Part shown: piece by piece, positions 27,128 to 41,405 of the stretch
Numbering within the stretch: position 1 is the first letter of the stretch
Layout of the letters: each line of letters begins with the position of its first letter
From: Eledone cirrhosa
Lineage: Eukaryota
NCBI GenBank assembly: GCA_964016885.1
Contig: OZ024756.1
Location: forward strand, 5,022,001 to 5,086,000
Length of the DNA: 64,000 nucleotides
Direction of reading: 5' to 3'
Translations under genes and position numbers: made by a program
Notes under the pieces: model-generated
The model's database searches: none
What the model was told of the DNA's origin: nothing
Seen by the model: only the letters and a program-made list of their open reading frames with translations

Positions 27128-27835
27128 ATAATTGTTTGTACTTTGGGCACAAGGCCAGCAATTATCACAATGCATTACTGATACTTTATTTTATCGACCC
27201 TGAAAGGCAAAGTTAACCTCGGCGGGATTCGAATTTAGACTGTAAAGGTCCGTAACTCTATGCTCCAAAGCATGGTGTCTGACGCTCTACTGATACTGCC
27301 ATCAAATAATTGTTTCTACTTTTGGCATAAGGCCAGCAATTATCCCAGTACATTACTGATACTTTATTTTATCGACCCAGTAAGAATGAAAGGTAAAGTT
27401 AACCTCGGCGGGATTTGAACTCAGATCATAAAGGGCCGTAACTCTATGCTGCAAAGTATGGTCCCCGACCTTCTACCGATACTGCCAATCCATAAAATGT
27501 CTTCCATAATGGTTTCTGATTTAGGAACAAGACCATCAATTCTTTTTGGGGAGGGGAAAGTCGATTAAATCAACCCCAGTGCATTACTGTTACTTTGGTA
27601 TCGACCCCGTAAGGATGAAAGGCAACTGATTCTTAAATAATGGATTCAGATTTAGGCACGAGGCCAACGGTTTTTGGGGAGGGGAAAGTCAATTAAATCG
27701 ATCCCAGTGCTGCGTTAATAGTACTTTAATTTATCGATCCCGTAAGAATGAACGGTAGAGCAAAACTAACTTCGGTGGGATTTGGACTCAGTGTGTAAAG
27801 GGGCGTAATTCTGTCACAAAACATTTTCTCCGACG
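27128..27835 (-). mobile_element. Cluster of four head-to-tail SINE-A copies
   Basis: Repeated ggcacaaggccagcaatt…atcgacccc…aaaggcaaagttaacctcggcgggat. Confidence 0.85.
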
Positions 27836-28029
27836 AATAATGTCTTTCGAAATGTCTTTCGAATATTGAACATTTTTTTACGTTCGTGACATGTAAACAC
27901 ACATTTTAAATATCACGTTTCGAACTCAATCAATATTTAAATAAATTGTCGTAACACATTTGCCATTTTGCCTGCTAGGTCAACGAAACATCTTCATGAC
28001 ATGTCTCTTGTTTATTATATATGATTGGC

Positions 28030-28172
28030 AGCAAAGAGTTACGGCCCTTTATTGACTGAGTTCAAATCCCGCCGAGGTTAACTTTGCCTTTCATCCTTAC
28101 GGGGTCGATAAAATAAAGTACCAGTAATACACTGGGATAATTGCTGGCCTTGTGCCCAAAGTAGAAACAAAT
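28030..28172 (+). mobile_element. SINE-A copy
   Basis: Direct similarity. Confidence 0.85.
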
Positions 28173-28185
28173 ATATATATATATA

Positions 28186-28690
28186 GTTAGGGAAGCAGAA
28201 AATTGCTTTTTGTGATCCAGTTCGTGGTTAAGAAAGCCAGTTTCATGGATGGTTTCAACGTACGGTTAGGGGTAACTCCACAAGTTTGTAAGAATTTCGT
28301 TCAATCTTGGAGTGTAAAGTATAAAAGAGAAAACACAGGTAAGCATTAAGAGAAGGATTTTATCCAGGTATTTACGACCGTTTCATTGGTAAGTGCAACC
28401 TTATATTGCTATACTGCAAATAGCAGCCACTCAATTATAATTGTTGTTCACAGTCCAAATTTTCAAAATAGTAAGTTACTCTTGAAATAATTCTTAATAC
28501 TTAATGATATTAAGAATTATTTCAAGAGTAACTTACTATTTTGAAAATTTGGACTGTGAACAACAATTATAATTGAGTGGCTGCTATTTGCAGTATAGCA
28601 ATATAAGGTTGCACTTACCAATGAAACGGTCGTAAATACCTGGATAAAATCCTTCTCTTAATGCTTACCTGTGTTTTCTCTTTTATACTA
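28186..28690 (-). mobile_element. Palindromic mini-element (arms 28318-28689) with tail related to that of 9395-9535
   Basis: Near-perfect ~180-bp arms; GAAAC ggtc GTA half-hammerhead; tail shares tacactcc…gtRgagtWaccYctWaccgtacgt. Confidence 0.72.
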
Positions 28691-28711
28691 TATATATATA
28701 TATATATATAT

Positions 28712-28955
28712 TTAGAAAGTGAACAACACAACATTTAACTACTCGATTACCAAACGTTTCTGGATCCCAGACAATATTAATATACGTCTGGATCCGTCAT
28801 CAGACAGAGATGTTATCCGGACGTATATTATTATTGTCTGGGATCCAGAAACCTTTGGTAATGGAGTAGTTATATTTTGTGTTGTCCTCTTTCTAATTAA
28901 ATACCTCTGTTCTATACATAGAGCACTCTTTTTTCCTTCGGAATTACCTAACACA
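28712..28955. mobile_element. Palindromic mini-element with hammerhead at 28744-28807 (-)
   Basis: Minus strand: CTGATGA c ggatccagac…gtctgggatcc a GAAAC gtttg GTA. Confidence 0.65.
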
Positions 28956-28959
28956 CACA

Positions 28960-29171
28960 CAGTTCTACAACAGTTAGTTCACCATACCGAGAACAAATGT
29001 TTCACCTTATTCGGATCGTCAGCTTTTTTAGGCCGAGCTGAGGATCTGAATAAGGTGATGCATTTGTTCTCGGTATGGTGAACTAACTGTTGTGGAACTA
29101 CTTCTACCAAACTCGTCCCATGGACTGAGTGCTCTACCATTACGGATATAACCTTCCAGTGTTCCACTATT
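28960..29171 (+). mobile_element. Palindromic mini-element family D
   Basis: Arms around ccttattcggatc…gatctgaataagg; GAAAC attt GTT on the minus arm; related copies at 42680 and 43971. Confidence 0.7.
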
Positions 29172-29185
29172 ATATATATATATAA

Positions 29186-29600
29186 CCAAAGATTAGTATG
29201 GTTCGTTGATTACTCAATGAATACAATTTTACAATAGATTAGAAGCACTCAACAGTGAAGTTTTCCCGGAGTTTTTAATATTATTCAAAATATTAACAAA
29301 TGAAAAATATTCTCATAATCAAAATATAGACTTTATTATATATATTTCAAAGGTACTGTGTTGTTTTTTCAGTACGCCCTCATCAGACAAAATATATGAC
29401 ATACCGCTACGGTCTTGATTATTCAATTCCAGTATTGGAATTGAATAATCAAGACCGTAGCGGTATGTCTTATATCAAATCATATATTTTGTCTGATGAG
29501 GACGTACTGAAAAAACAACACAGTACTTTTGAAATATATATAATAAAGTATATATTTTGATTATGAGAATTTTTTTCATTTGTTAATATTTTGAATAATA
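29186..29600 (-). mobile_element. Palindromic hammerhead mini-element (family B-related)
   Basis: Arms ~29277-29600 centred ~29433; tail 29186-29276; homologous to 62990-63395. Confidence 0.78.
29487..29548 (+). ncRNA. Type I hammerhead ribozyme (mirror 29331-29392 on -)
   Basis: ttttgt CTGATGA ggacgtactg aaaaaacaaca cagtactttt GAAA tatata TA ataaag. Confidence 0.75.
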
Positions 29601-29671
29601 TATATATATATATATATATATAAAATAAAGTTAAATAAAAGTCAAATGATTAAAATTTAGCTTCGTTTATT

Positions 29672-29726
29672 ACTGCTATATATATTTCAGTGACAGCCAT
29701 CTTTGGCTGTGACCTCTTCAGGCAGT
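29672..29726 (-). ncRNA. Type I hammerhead ribozyme in a TA-flanked insert (29622-29840)
   Basis: Minus strand: actgc CTGAAGA g gtcacagcc aaagat ggctgtcac t GAAA tatata TA gcagt AATAAA; stem I actgc/gcagt. Confidence 0.85.
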
Positions 29727-29839
29727 TTGAATTAGTATGGTATAGACAAGTACATATGTTGTTTAGGTGTATAATATTGTCAATACTCTGATATGCCCAG
29801 TTGCTTGTTTGGTTGTTAATTCACTGAGGAACTGGAGTC

Positions 29840-29877
<38 letters not shown>

Positions 29878-30154
29878 ATTGGAGAAATATGGGTTTGAGA
29901 AATTAGTTGGTTTATTGATTTCATCAAATTTGGGAAAATGCCATTATAATAGAGAACGATGGAATCCGACCCAGAATATTGCTAGCAATAGATTGATTTA
30001 GTGAATGGTACAGTGATCGATGTCAACTATTGAGAGAATTTTAACTTAGAACAACGAGGTACCAGATTAAGTGAAAATAAAAAAAAAATAAAAAATTATT
30101 CAGTATTCTACTTTCTCGCTTATCTCTTTGAGTCTATCATTATTTAAAATATTT

Positions 30155-31035
30155 AAAATAAAGTACCAGTAATACCCTGGGATAATTGCTGGCCTTGTGC
30201 CTAAAGTAGAAACAATTATTCAAGTTTGGATTGGCAGTATCGGTAGAGGGTCGGACATGCTTTCCAGCATATTTACGTCCCTTTACGATCTGAGTTCAAA
30301 TCCCGCCGAGATTGACTTTGCCTTTCATCCTTACGGGGTCGATAAAATAAAGTACCAGTAATGCACTGGTAATTGCTGGCCTTGTGCCTAAAGTAGAAAC
30401 AATTATTTAAGTTGGCAGTATCGGTAGAGGGTTGGACGCCATGCTTTCTAGCATAGTTACGTCCCTTTACGGTCTGAGTTCAAATCCCGCCGAGGTTGAC
30501 TTTGCCTTTCATCCTTACGGGGTCGATAAAATAAAGTACCAGTAATGCACTGGGATAATTGCTGGCCTTGTGCCAACATTAGAAACAATTATTTAAGTAT
30601 CATATACATATATATAATCACACTAGTATCAGTTGTCTTTCATCCTTAGTGGGTCGATAAAATAATATACCAGTAATGCAATGGGGTTCATTTAATCTAC
30701 ACCGCCCCCTTCAAATTGCTAGCCTTGTGTTTAAAGTAGAAACAATTAAGTATCAGTTGCCTTTCATCCTTACAAGGTCGATAAAATAAAGTACCAGTAA
30801 CGCACTGGGATCGATTCAATCATCCCCCGTCCCCTCACCAACAAAAAAATTGTTGGTCTTATGCCTAAATCAGAAACGATTAAAAGTGTGGTAGATTGGC
30901 ATCATCACAAATTAGCTTTGCTATTCATTCTTACGTGTCTATAAAATAAAGTACCATTGATACACTAGGATCTATTTATCGACTTTTCCCCTATCTTCAT
31001 ATTGCTGGCCTTGTCGCCAAAGTGGAAACAATTAT
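30155..31035 (+). mobile_element. Head-to-tail cluster of ~6 SINE-A copies and halves
   Basis: Repeated gataaaataaagtaccagtaa…gtagaaacaatta. Confidence 0.85.
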
Positions 31036-32354
31036 CTAGATATCAGTAAAAAAAAAAAAAAAAATAGTTCATTCTGATAACATTTCTTGTTTAGTAGATA
31101 AACATTAGTGTGTGAAAACCATCAGATCACAGAATTCTATAACATTCGGATTATTCTAGAGATATGATTCTTAAGATTAAAAATTTTGCGCTAGAATCTC
31201 TTCATTGAACTGGTAATGTTGTATATGAAACGCCCGCAGAACTTTTTCTATCACGCTATTATATTTCTCGACAAAATCGCAGTTGAAATTGTCTACAGAA
31301 TGTTTGTTATTTCGATGATTGCTTGTGTATTTCATATTACATAGCAATCACTTGCTATCTATTGTTATTTCATCTGTGCTCTTCCATACTAAATCCATTT
31401 GTTATTCTAAATACCATCACCGTAGGCTACTTCTGTAACTGTTGTTGAAGTTGTTGTTCTCACACATATGCATTCCTGTAATAAAACTTGCTTTTATTAT
31501 GATGCCAGCACCATAAACTGATATACAGATTGCATAGCTGTCAACAGGATCAAAATTGTTTCTAAAGATTGTTTGCTTTGCCATATTGGAAGTCTTCGGT
31601 CGATATTTCCACTGTTAATAAACAGAAATTCACTATTTAATTTCAAAACTACACCGTCCCCCCCGCCATCGTTTTTGTATTATAATTCGTCATAAGCATT
31701 CTTTCATAGAATAACTCCAGCCAGGAAGCAAACAGTATTGATTTCCCGGTGACGTTTTTGCTGTGTTCCAACACACAAAACATTGTAGAAGAAAACGGTA
31801 AGAATTAATTAATTCAACGGAATTTTCCACCTCCAGCGAAATACGTTGAATACACGGACAATAGAGAAATGATACCTGATGTATATTAGTTCTCAATGAG
31901 TAGAATCTTTATAATTAGATACTGACGAAGAAATTACACGCTATAATTATGTATTAATAAGTAATATCAATTACTGGGTAAGAAGACAGACAACTATCTA
32001 TCTACTTAAAACTAAATATATTTTAGAGGAGAATTTGAGAATTTCTGACAATTACTGTAAATTATTTATCAAATACATTTAGATTTCGTAGTAAATTACT
32101 CTAACAGATGATAAATGTAATACATATAACAGAAATAGGTGTTTAATGTCAATTAGTAGTTCTGCCACAACAACTAATGAATATTGAGACGTATTATTAA
32201 AACTTCAGCAAAATGATTTAATTTATCGATTTCATAACACCGAAGCTATATAAATATTTTCGGAGAGTTTGAATAACCATCTGTTTTAAAATAGACGACT
32301 GAAATTATGGTGTGTGGGTAAACTATTCTTTATTGCCTTCAGTATACAGATTAA

Positions 32355-33935
32355 CAGCGGCAGCATGGTGGGTTCGGGTCCCAGACCAGGCTTTGCTGCT
32401 CACCAGGCCGAAGAGGGTAAACTGTCAAAGTATCGGTTGCTTTTTGATAGGTTTATGGTTGAGATTTCAGTAGTGTAGACCTCCGGCGTTCTAGGTAGGG
32501 CCCCGGACTAAATCCCTGTTCATTGTTTATCGGAGCAGAGCTGACTGCGTACAAGTGCTCGCCCCGCCAGTCACTGTTTCAGTGCGTCTCTCTGTTCATT
32601 GTTATCGGAGCAGAGCTGACTGCGTACAAGTGCTCGCCCCGCCAGTCACTGTTTCAGTGCGTCTCTCTGTTCATTGTTATCGGAGCAGAGTTGACTGCGT
32701 ACAAGTGCTCGCCCCGCCAGTCACTGTTTCAGTGCGTTTCTCTGTTCATTGTTATCGGAGCAGAGTTGACTGCGTACAAGTGCTCGCCCCGCCAGTCACT
32801 GTTTCAGTGCGTCTCTCTGTTCATTGTTATCGGAGCAGAGCTGACTGCGTACAAGTGCTCGCCCCGCCAGTCACTGTTTCAGTGCGTCTCTCTGTTCATT
32901 GTTATCGGAGCAGAGCTGACTGCGTACAAGTGCTCGCCCCGCCAGTCACTGTTTCAGTGCGTCTCTCTGTTCATTGTTATCGGAGCAGAGTTGACTGCGT
33001 ACAAGTGCTCGCCCCGCCAGTCACTGTTTCAGTGCGTCTCTCTGTTCATTGTTATCGGAGCAGAGTTGACTGCGTACAAGTGCTCGCCCCGCCAGTCACT
33101 GTTTCAGTGCGTCTCTCTGTTCATTGTTATCGGAGCAGAGTTGACTGCGTACAAGTGCTCGCCCCGCCAGTCACTGTTTCAGTGCGTCTCTCTGTTCATT
33201 GTTATCGGAGCAGAGCTGACTGCGTACAAGTGCTCGCCCCGCCAGTCACTGTTTCAGTGCGTCTCTCTGTTCATTGTTATCGGAGCAGAGCTGACTGCGT
33301 ACAAGTGCTCGCCCCGCCAGTCACTGTTTCAGTGCGTCTCTCTGTTCATTGTTATCGGAGCAGAGTTGACTGCGTACAAGTGCTCGCCCCGCCAGTCACT
33401 GTTTCAGTGCGTCTCTCTGTTCATTGTTATCGGAGCAGAGTTGACTGCGTACAAGTGCTCGCCCCGCCAGTCACTGTTTCAGTGCGTCTCTCTGTTCATT
33501 GTTATCGGAGCAGAGCTGACTGCGTACAAGTGCTCGCCCCGCCAGTCGCTGTTTCAGTGCGTCTCTCTGTTCATTGTTATCGGAGCAGAGCTGACTGCGT
33601 ACAAGTGCTCGCCCCGCCAGTCACTGTTTCAGTGCGTCTCTCTGTTCATTGTTATCGGAGCAGAGCTGACTGCGTACAAGTGCTCGCCCCGCCAGTCACT
33701 GTTTCAGTGCGTCTCTCTGTTCATTGTTATCGGAGCAGAGTTGACTGCGTACAAGTGCTCGCCCCGCCAGTCACTGTTTCAGTGCGTCTCTCTGCTCATT
33801 GTTATCGGAGCAGAGCTGACTGCCTACAAGTGCTCGCCCCGCCAGTCACTGTTTCAGTGCGTCTCTCTCACCATCCTCCGGGCCAATGTCTTCTCCATCC
33901 TCTTGGCCGGCACCACGAGGTGTACTGACCCTTAA
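32355..33935 (+). mobile_element. CRE-clade non-LTR retrotransposon RLE-domain remnant with internal 75-bp tandem expansion
   Basis: Upstream frame PGFAAHQAEEGKLSKYRLL…V*TSGVLG and end LFQCVSLTILRANVFSIL match CRE RLE motifs (AA..AE..K..KY…ET.G..G…QR.S…RGNA). Confidence 0.72.
32516..33869 (+). repeat. 75-bp tandem array, ~18 near-identical copies
   Basis: Unit ctgttcattgttatcggagcagagYtgactgcgtacaagtgctcgccccgccagtcactgtttcagtgcgtctct. Confidence 0.97.
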
Positions 33936-34124
33936 GTTGCAATCATTGTGATGACGTGTAGATTTGGTTTACTTCCTTAAGCAAACATACGTACGTACAT
34001 GAATAAAGAAAAGGTGTAACCTCCCGAATTAGTTACCAAATTTGTTTTATTAATAAAAATCAAAAAATTCGTAAACAAATCTATTTCAAATAACAGAAAA
34101 ACTACAGATATTTAAAAATGGAAA

Positions 34125-34335
34125 ATGAAGGGAAGGGCAAGGGGCTCTAGGGTCACAGAAAAATGGGAGGGGAAAGAGGGAGGGTGATGGACTCTAGGGT
34201 CACAGAAGAATGGGTATGGGGAAGAGGGAGGATGATGGGCTTGAGGGTCACAGAAGAATGGAAGAGAAAGGGGAGGATGATGGGCTCTAGGGTCACAGAT
34301 TGTGAGGGGGAAGAGGGAGGGTGATGGACTCTAGG
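34125..34335. repeat. ~47-bp minisatellite, ~4.5 copies
   Basis: gatgggctctagggtcacagaagaatggg… repeated. Confidence 0.75.
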
Positions 34336-34349
34336 CCTAGGGCGCAGCT

Positions 34350-34432
34350 GTGTTAGGGCTGTGGCCCACAGACAAGACTGAAAAAGCATTTTCGCGGACA
34401 ATGGCTAGCGACACCCATAGCAACAGCCAGAT
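34350..34432 (-). mobile_element. CRE-clade 3' fragment
   Basis: WLLLWVSLAIVRENAFSVLSVG, similar to 8540-8700. Confidence 0.5.
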
Positions 34433-34484
34433 TATGTGATAAAGTGATCGTAAGGTTGATAACATTACTAACTTTGAAGAGGAG

Positions 34485-34660
34485 GCGCGTGGCCCAGTGG
34501 AAAGGATGTTGGAGGTACGATCATGATATCGTGGGTACGATTCCTGGATTGGAAATGTGTATTGTGTTTCTTGAGCAAAACATTTCATTTCCCGTTACTC
34601 CAGTTTACTCACCTGAAAATGAGTACCAGCAATAGCTGGGGGGTTAACTCTGCAATGGAC
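34485..34660 (+). mobile_element. Diverged SINE-B
   Basis: gcgtggcccagtgg…gggtacgattcctgga…cttgagcaaaacatttc. Confidence 0.65.
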
Positions 34661-35059
34661 TGTGAAGGGTTCGATCTCACCGTTAGAGACATAATGTGCC
34701 GCCGTCAATGGGACAGGTACGACATTACGATGGTGAGCCGAACACACTAACCACTAAACCAACATTTCTTTACATGTATGGTGTATAGAGTGACTCAGAT
34801 GTCATTTGCTAAACAAAATTGCTGCGTCTGGCCTTCTGAACTCATCACCACTCTAGCTAATGTTACCAATAAGTTGTATAAGACACGGAACATACAGCAA
34901 ATTACATGCCAGAGAGATAGATGGAGATAGATAGAGGGAGAGAGGGTGTGTGTGTGTGTGTCGGGGGGGGGGGGATAATAATAATAATAATAACAATAAA
35001 ATGAAGTAAACATTCATTCTAAACTGGAATTTGAATAAGATACAGGTCTTCAATTAAAC

Positions 35060-36990
35060 CAACAACAGCGATAATAACAGCAATTTCAACAACAGCAATA
35101 ACAACAGCAATAATAACAACAACAATAAAAACAATAACAACAACAACACTAACAACAACAATAAAAACACCAGCAACAGCAACAATAACAGCAGTGTTAA
35201 CATTACCAACAACAACAACAGCAACAATAACAGCAGTGTTAACAATACCACCAACACCGATAATATAAACAGAAAACAGCAGCAGCAGCAGCAACAGCAG
35301 CAGTGACAACAACAACAAAAACAACATCAACATTAACAGCACAACAGTAACAATAATAACACCAACAACACTACCTCCAACACCACCACTACGACCACAA
35401 CCACCACCACCACCAACACCACCACCAACACCACCTACACCACTACCAACAACACTAACACCACCACCACTAACACCACCACACTAACACCGCCACCACC
35501 AACACCACCTACACCACCAGCATCACCGCCTACACCACCACAACCTACAACACCAACACCACCTACACCACCAACACCACCACCACCGCCACCAACACCA
35601 ACACCACCAACACCTCCACCAACACCACCTCCACCAACACCACCTCCACCAACGCCACCAACACCTATACCGTCACATCCACCACCAATACCAACACGTC
35701 CACCAACACCACCAATACCAACACCACCAACACCTCCACCAACACCTCCACCAACACCAACACCTCCACCTCCACCAACACCTCCACCAACACCAACACC
35801 ACCAACACCACCAACACCACCAACACCAACACCAACACCAACACCAACACCTCCACCAACACCACCAACACCACCAACACCACCAACACCAACACCACCA
35901 ACACCAACACCAACAACTCCACCAACACCACCAACACCACCAACACCAACACCACCACCAACACCAACACCACCACCAACACAACCAACACCAACACCTC
36001 CACCAACACCACCAACACCAACACCACCACCAACACCAACACCACCACCAACACCAACACCACCACCAACATCACCACCAACACCAACACCACCACCAAC
36101 ACAACCAACACCACCACCAACACAACCAACACCAACACCACCACCAACACAACCAACACCAACACCACCACCAACACCACCAACACCACCAACACCAACA
36201 CCTCCAACACCAACACCAACACCAACACCTCCACCAACACCACCAACACCAACACCACCACCAACACCAACACCACCACCAACACAACCAACACCAACAC
36301 CAACACCTCCACCAACACCACCAACACCACCACCAACACCAACACCAACACCACCACCAACACCACCACCAACACCAACACCACCACCAACACCAACACC
36401 ACCACCAACACAACCAACACCAACACCAACACCTCCACCAACACCAACACCACCACCACCACCAACACCAACACCACCACCAACACCAACACCACCACCA
36501 ACACCAACACCACCACCAACACAACCAACACCAACACCAACACCAACACAACCAACACCACCACCAACACAACCAACACCAACACCACCACCAACACAAC
36601 CAACACCAACACAACCAACACCAACACCACCACCAACACAACCAACACCAACACCACCACCAACACAACCAACACCACCACCAACACAACCAACACCACC
36701 AACACTACCAACACCACCAACACCACCACCACCACCAACACCACCAACACCACCACCACCACCAACACAACCAACACCACCACCAACACAACCAACACCA
36801 ACACCACCACCAACACAACCAACACCAACACAACCAACACCAACACCACCACCAACACAACCAACACCAACACCACCACCAACACAACCAACACCACCAC
36901 CAACACAACCAACACCACCAACACTACCAACACCACCAACACCACCACCACCACCACCGCCACCAACAAAATAAAATAAAACAACCACCA
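35060..36990. repeat. (CAA)/(CCA)/(ACACCA) trinucleotide-based microsatellite
   Basis: Direct. Confidence 0.95.
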
Positions 36991-37059
36991 AGATTGTGAG
37001 TAAAACAGTTCTTAAAATTCCATTAGAGAGAAGTTTAATCTTGATAGAGATAGGATTAA

Positions 37060-38635
<1,576 letters not shown>

Positions 38636-40008
38636 ACACGAAGACATTTAACATTTTGGCAGGTATAAGTAACAATCCTAACCGAATACGTTGCACTTGG
38701 GTAAAAGAAAATAAATGAAAAAAAAAACCCCAAACCAAAATAAAACAAGAAAAATACACAAACTTTTCGAAATGTTATTTCTGTGTAGAAACTCTGACAG
38801 GAATTCATGTAGAAATCTACATTAAATTTACCATGAAGATATTTTGGCGAATGTCTTAGTTACAAAATATATATTTCATAGATTTCCAACAAAATCGATA
38901 TCTGATCATATTCTTAGAATATCATTTTAGAGTCACCATTGAAAATATATGATTAGGTACTTTTCATAGTATCATGTAGTTTCACGAAAGAGAGAACAGT
39001 GAAAACGGTAAGATCATTTTAATATCGAATATATCGTTCCTACTAATACTTCAATCTCGAAATAGAACTTTTCAATATCCTTAGTCAATATAAAAAGTTT
39101 GAGAGAAGTTTTTTTAATAGTTTTTTTTGTTTGTTTGCCATTCACCTCAACTTCATTTACTGCTAATAAGAAAATAAAGAAAACAGGAAAAAATGTACAA
39201 GAATGATTCACACGGAGTATGTGACTAGATCTTTCAATTCTTTTGTTCCATTCTTTACTGCCTGATTAGTTTCAAACACCGATAGGATTTTTAGCTTGAA
39301 ATTGATGTGATTCCAGTTAGAAACAATTTTCTCAGACAGTAGTTCGTAACAAAAGCGTTTTAGTTAAATCACCATGGAATTGATCATGGTTTAGAAGACA
39401 TTCTTCCACATAAACAGTCACAACCTTACCAGCATTGACGTAACACATGTAGGAATTTATGTATAGTCATGCATATAGTGACATATAGAAACCATACAGA
39501 TAGACACACAATTATATATATATATACATACACACACATATACATACATATATATATATACACACATATACATACATACACATACATATACACACACATA
39601 TACATACATATATATATATACATATACACACACATATACATATACACACACATATACATACATATTAGGGCTCGTATACACAGGCCTATCAACGAATGCA
39701 TAGAAAATCTAACTTAAAAACACGAATGCTGACAACTGCAAGTAAATTGTACACAACACACACACATTCACAGACCCACATGCACAACCACACACACAAC
39801 CACACACACAACCCCCCCCCCCCCACACACACATATTGACTCAACCATACAGCCAAATGCCGATATACAGGAATGAAGCCATTAGCACAAAGTCCTACTC
39901 TATCCAAGTAAATAGGAGCAGTGGATCATGTGACATGTTAAATAACATCGAACACACCAATCATGACCAACACTACTAAAAATATATAAATAACAACAAC
40001 AACAATAA

Positions 40009-41012
40009 TCTATATATATAAAACTGTGGTTGTCTGTCTGTCTATCGATTTTTGGCACACATCTCCTCTTAGAATCTCTCACGGAATTGCACCGAAATTG
40101 CTATACTTGTACATTGAGCCCTAGCGAAGACATCGGAAAAAAAATATTTCAAATTGACCCACCCTATGTGACGAAATCGAATATAATGTATCGATTTTTG
40201 AGCGTAAGTGATCAGTTATTTCCCTTTATTCTGTTTACATTGAGCGTCTTACGTAAAAAATTACGCTGGCTTTCTCAGCGTTTAAAATGACATTAACAGT
40301 TGTCGAGCCAGCAAAATATTGACCTGCAAAATTCATCAGTTCGAACACTAGGCTTCCGTTTTGCTTCATTTCCATTTAAAAGCATTTTAAAACAATATTT
40401 TTACTTGAAAACAAGTCTATTTAAAGACTACGTAAAACAAGCAAATATTTCGTCGTTAGGCGTGCAGACAGACAGTCGTGCAGACAGACAGTCGTGCAGA
40501 CAGACAGTCGTGCAGACAGACAGTCGTGCAGAGAGGTGATATAGGCGTGCAGACAGACAGTCGTGCAGAGAGGTGATATAGGCGTGCAGACAGACAGTCG
40601 TGCAGAGAGGTGATATAGGCGTGCAGACAGACAGTCGTGCAGAGAGGTGATATAGGCGTGCAGACAGACAGTCGTGCAGAGAGGTGATATAGGCGTGCAG
40701 ACAGACATAACTGATAATTTGGTTACGCTAATGTTTTTCTCTGCGTTGCAGTGTTTACATTTTCGATCTTTGTTAATAAATAACCAGTGCAGTTTCTATC
40801 CCCAGCATCCTCTTTTGTTATAACATTCGGGTTATCGTTATGTTTTCTTAACTTCATAAGGCATATTGTTGGTTGAGGGAATATTAATCAAAAACACCAC
40901 ATGCAAGTCTGCACAGTAGACACTACAGTTTTTAAGCCAAGAAAGAAACTTAACATTGTAACTTTAACACAGCTACTGAGCGACCCCGAGCAACGCCGGT
41001 CTTTACTGCTAG
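40009..41012 (+). mobile_element. Non-autonomous Helitron containing 16/37-bp tandem repeats (40459-40707)
   Basis: A|TCTATATATATAAAA 5' end; 3' hairpin ccgagcaacgccgg then ctttactgCTAG|T; no TSD. Confidence 0.75.
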
Positions 41013-41319
41013 TACTATGATAAATTAATTACAGTCTCTCCCTTTATATTTCACACCCCGCTTATATATATGTGTGTGTGTGTGTGTGTGTATGGGAATA
41101 AGAAACGGAAAACAACACAGCAAACGATACAGTACAATGAAAAACTTATATTGTCTAACACTTGGTACGATTATAATCCTAAGGTCCACACACACACACA
41201 CACACACACACACACCACACACCACACACCACACACACCACACACACCACACACACCACACACATACATACATACATACATAACACCAATAAAGATGCTG
41301 ATGTTACGTAAATCGTTTA

Positions 41320-41405
41320 TTCATTATAATTATTTCAACGGTTCTCCTATGCAATCCAGATGTAATGCATTTCTTGTTGTTATGAGAACGGTATCTTCAG
41401 ATGAA
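41320..41405 (-). ncRNA. Type I hammerhead ribozyme
   Basis: Minus strand: ttcat CTGAAGA t accgttctc…gagaaccgtt GAAA taatta TA atgaa taaa; palindromic stem III ATAATTAT. Confidence 0.8.

Noticed and set aside
28318-28689. Palindromes as classical MITEs or foldback DNA transposons
   Set aside because: Centres vary between copies, the arms are asymmetric with a one-sided tail, and they contain ribozyme motifs; this fits retro-insertion better.
32523-33935. 470-aa repeat protein as a real gene
   Set aside because: Stop-free 75-bp tandem unit in a retrotransposon remnant, non-ATG start; kept only as a repeat finding.
35435-36991. 518-aa Gly/Val-rich ORF resembling a structural protein (also 45198 and 46787)
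   Set aside because: Trinucleotide microsatellite open in several frames on both strands; no signal peptide or unique domain.
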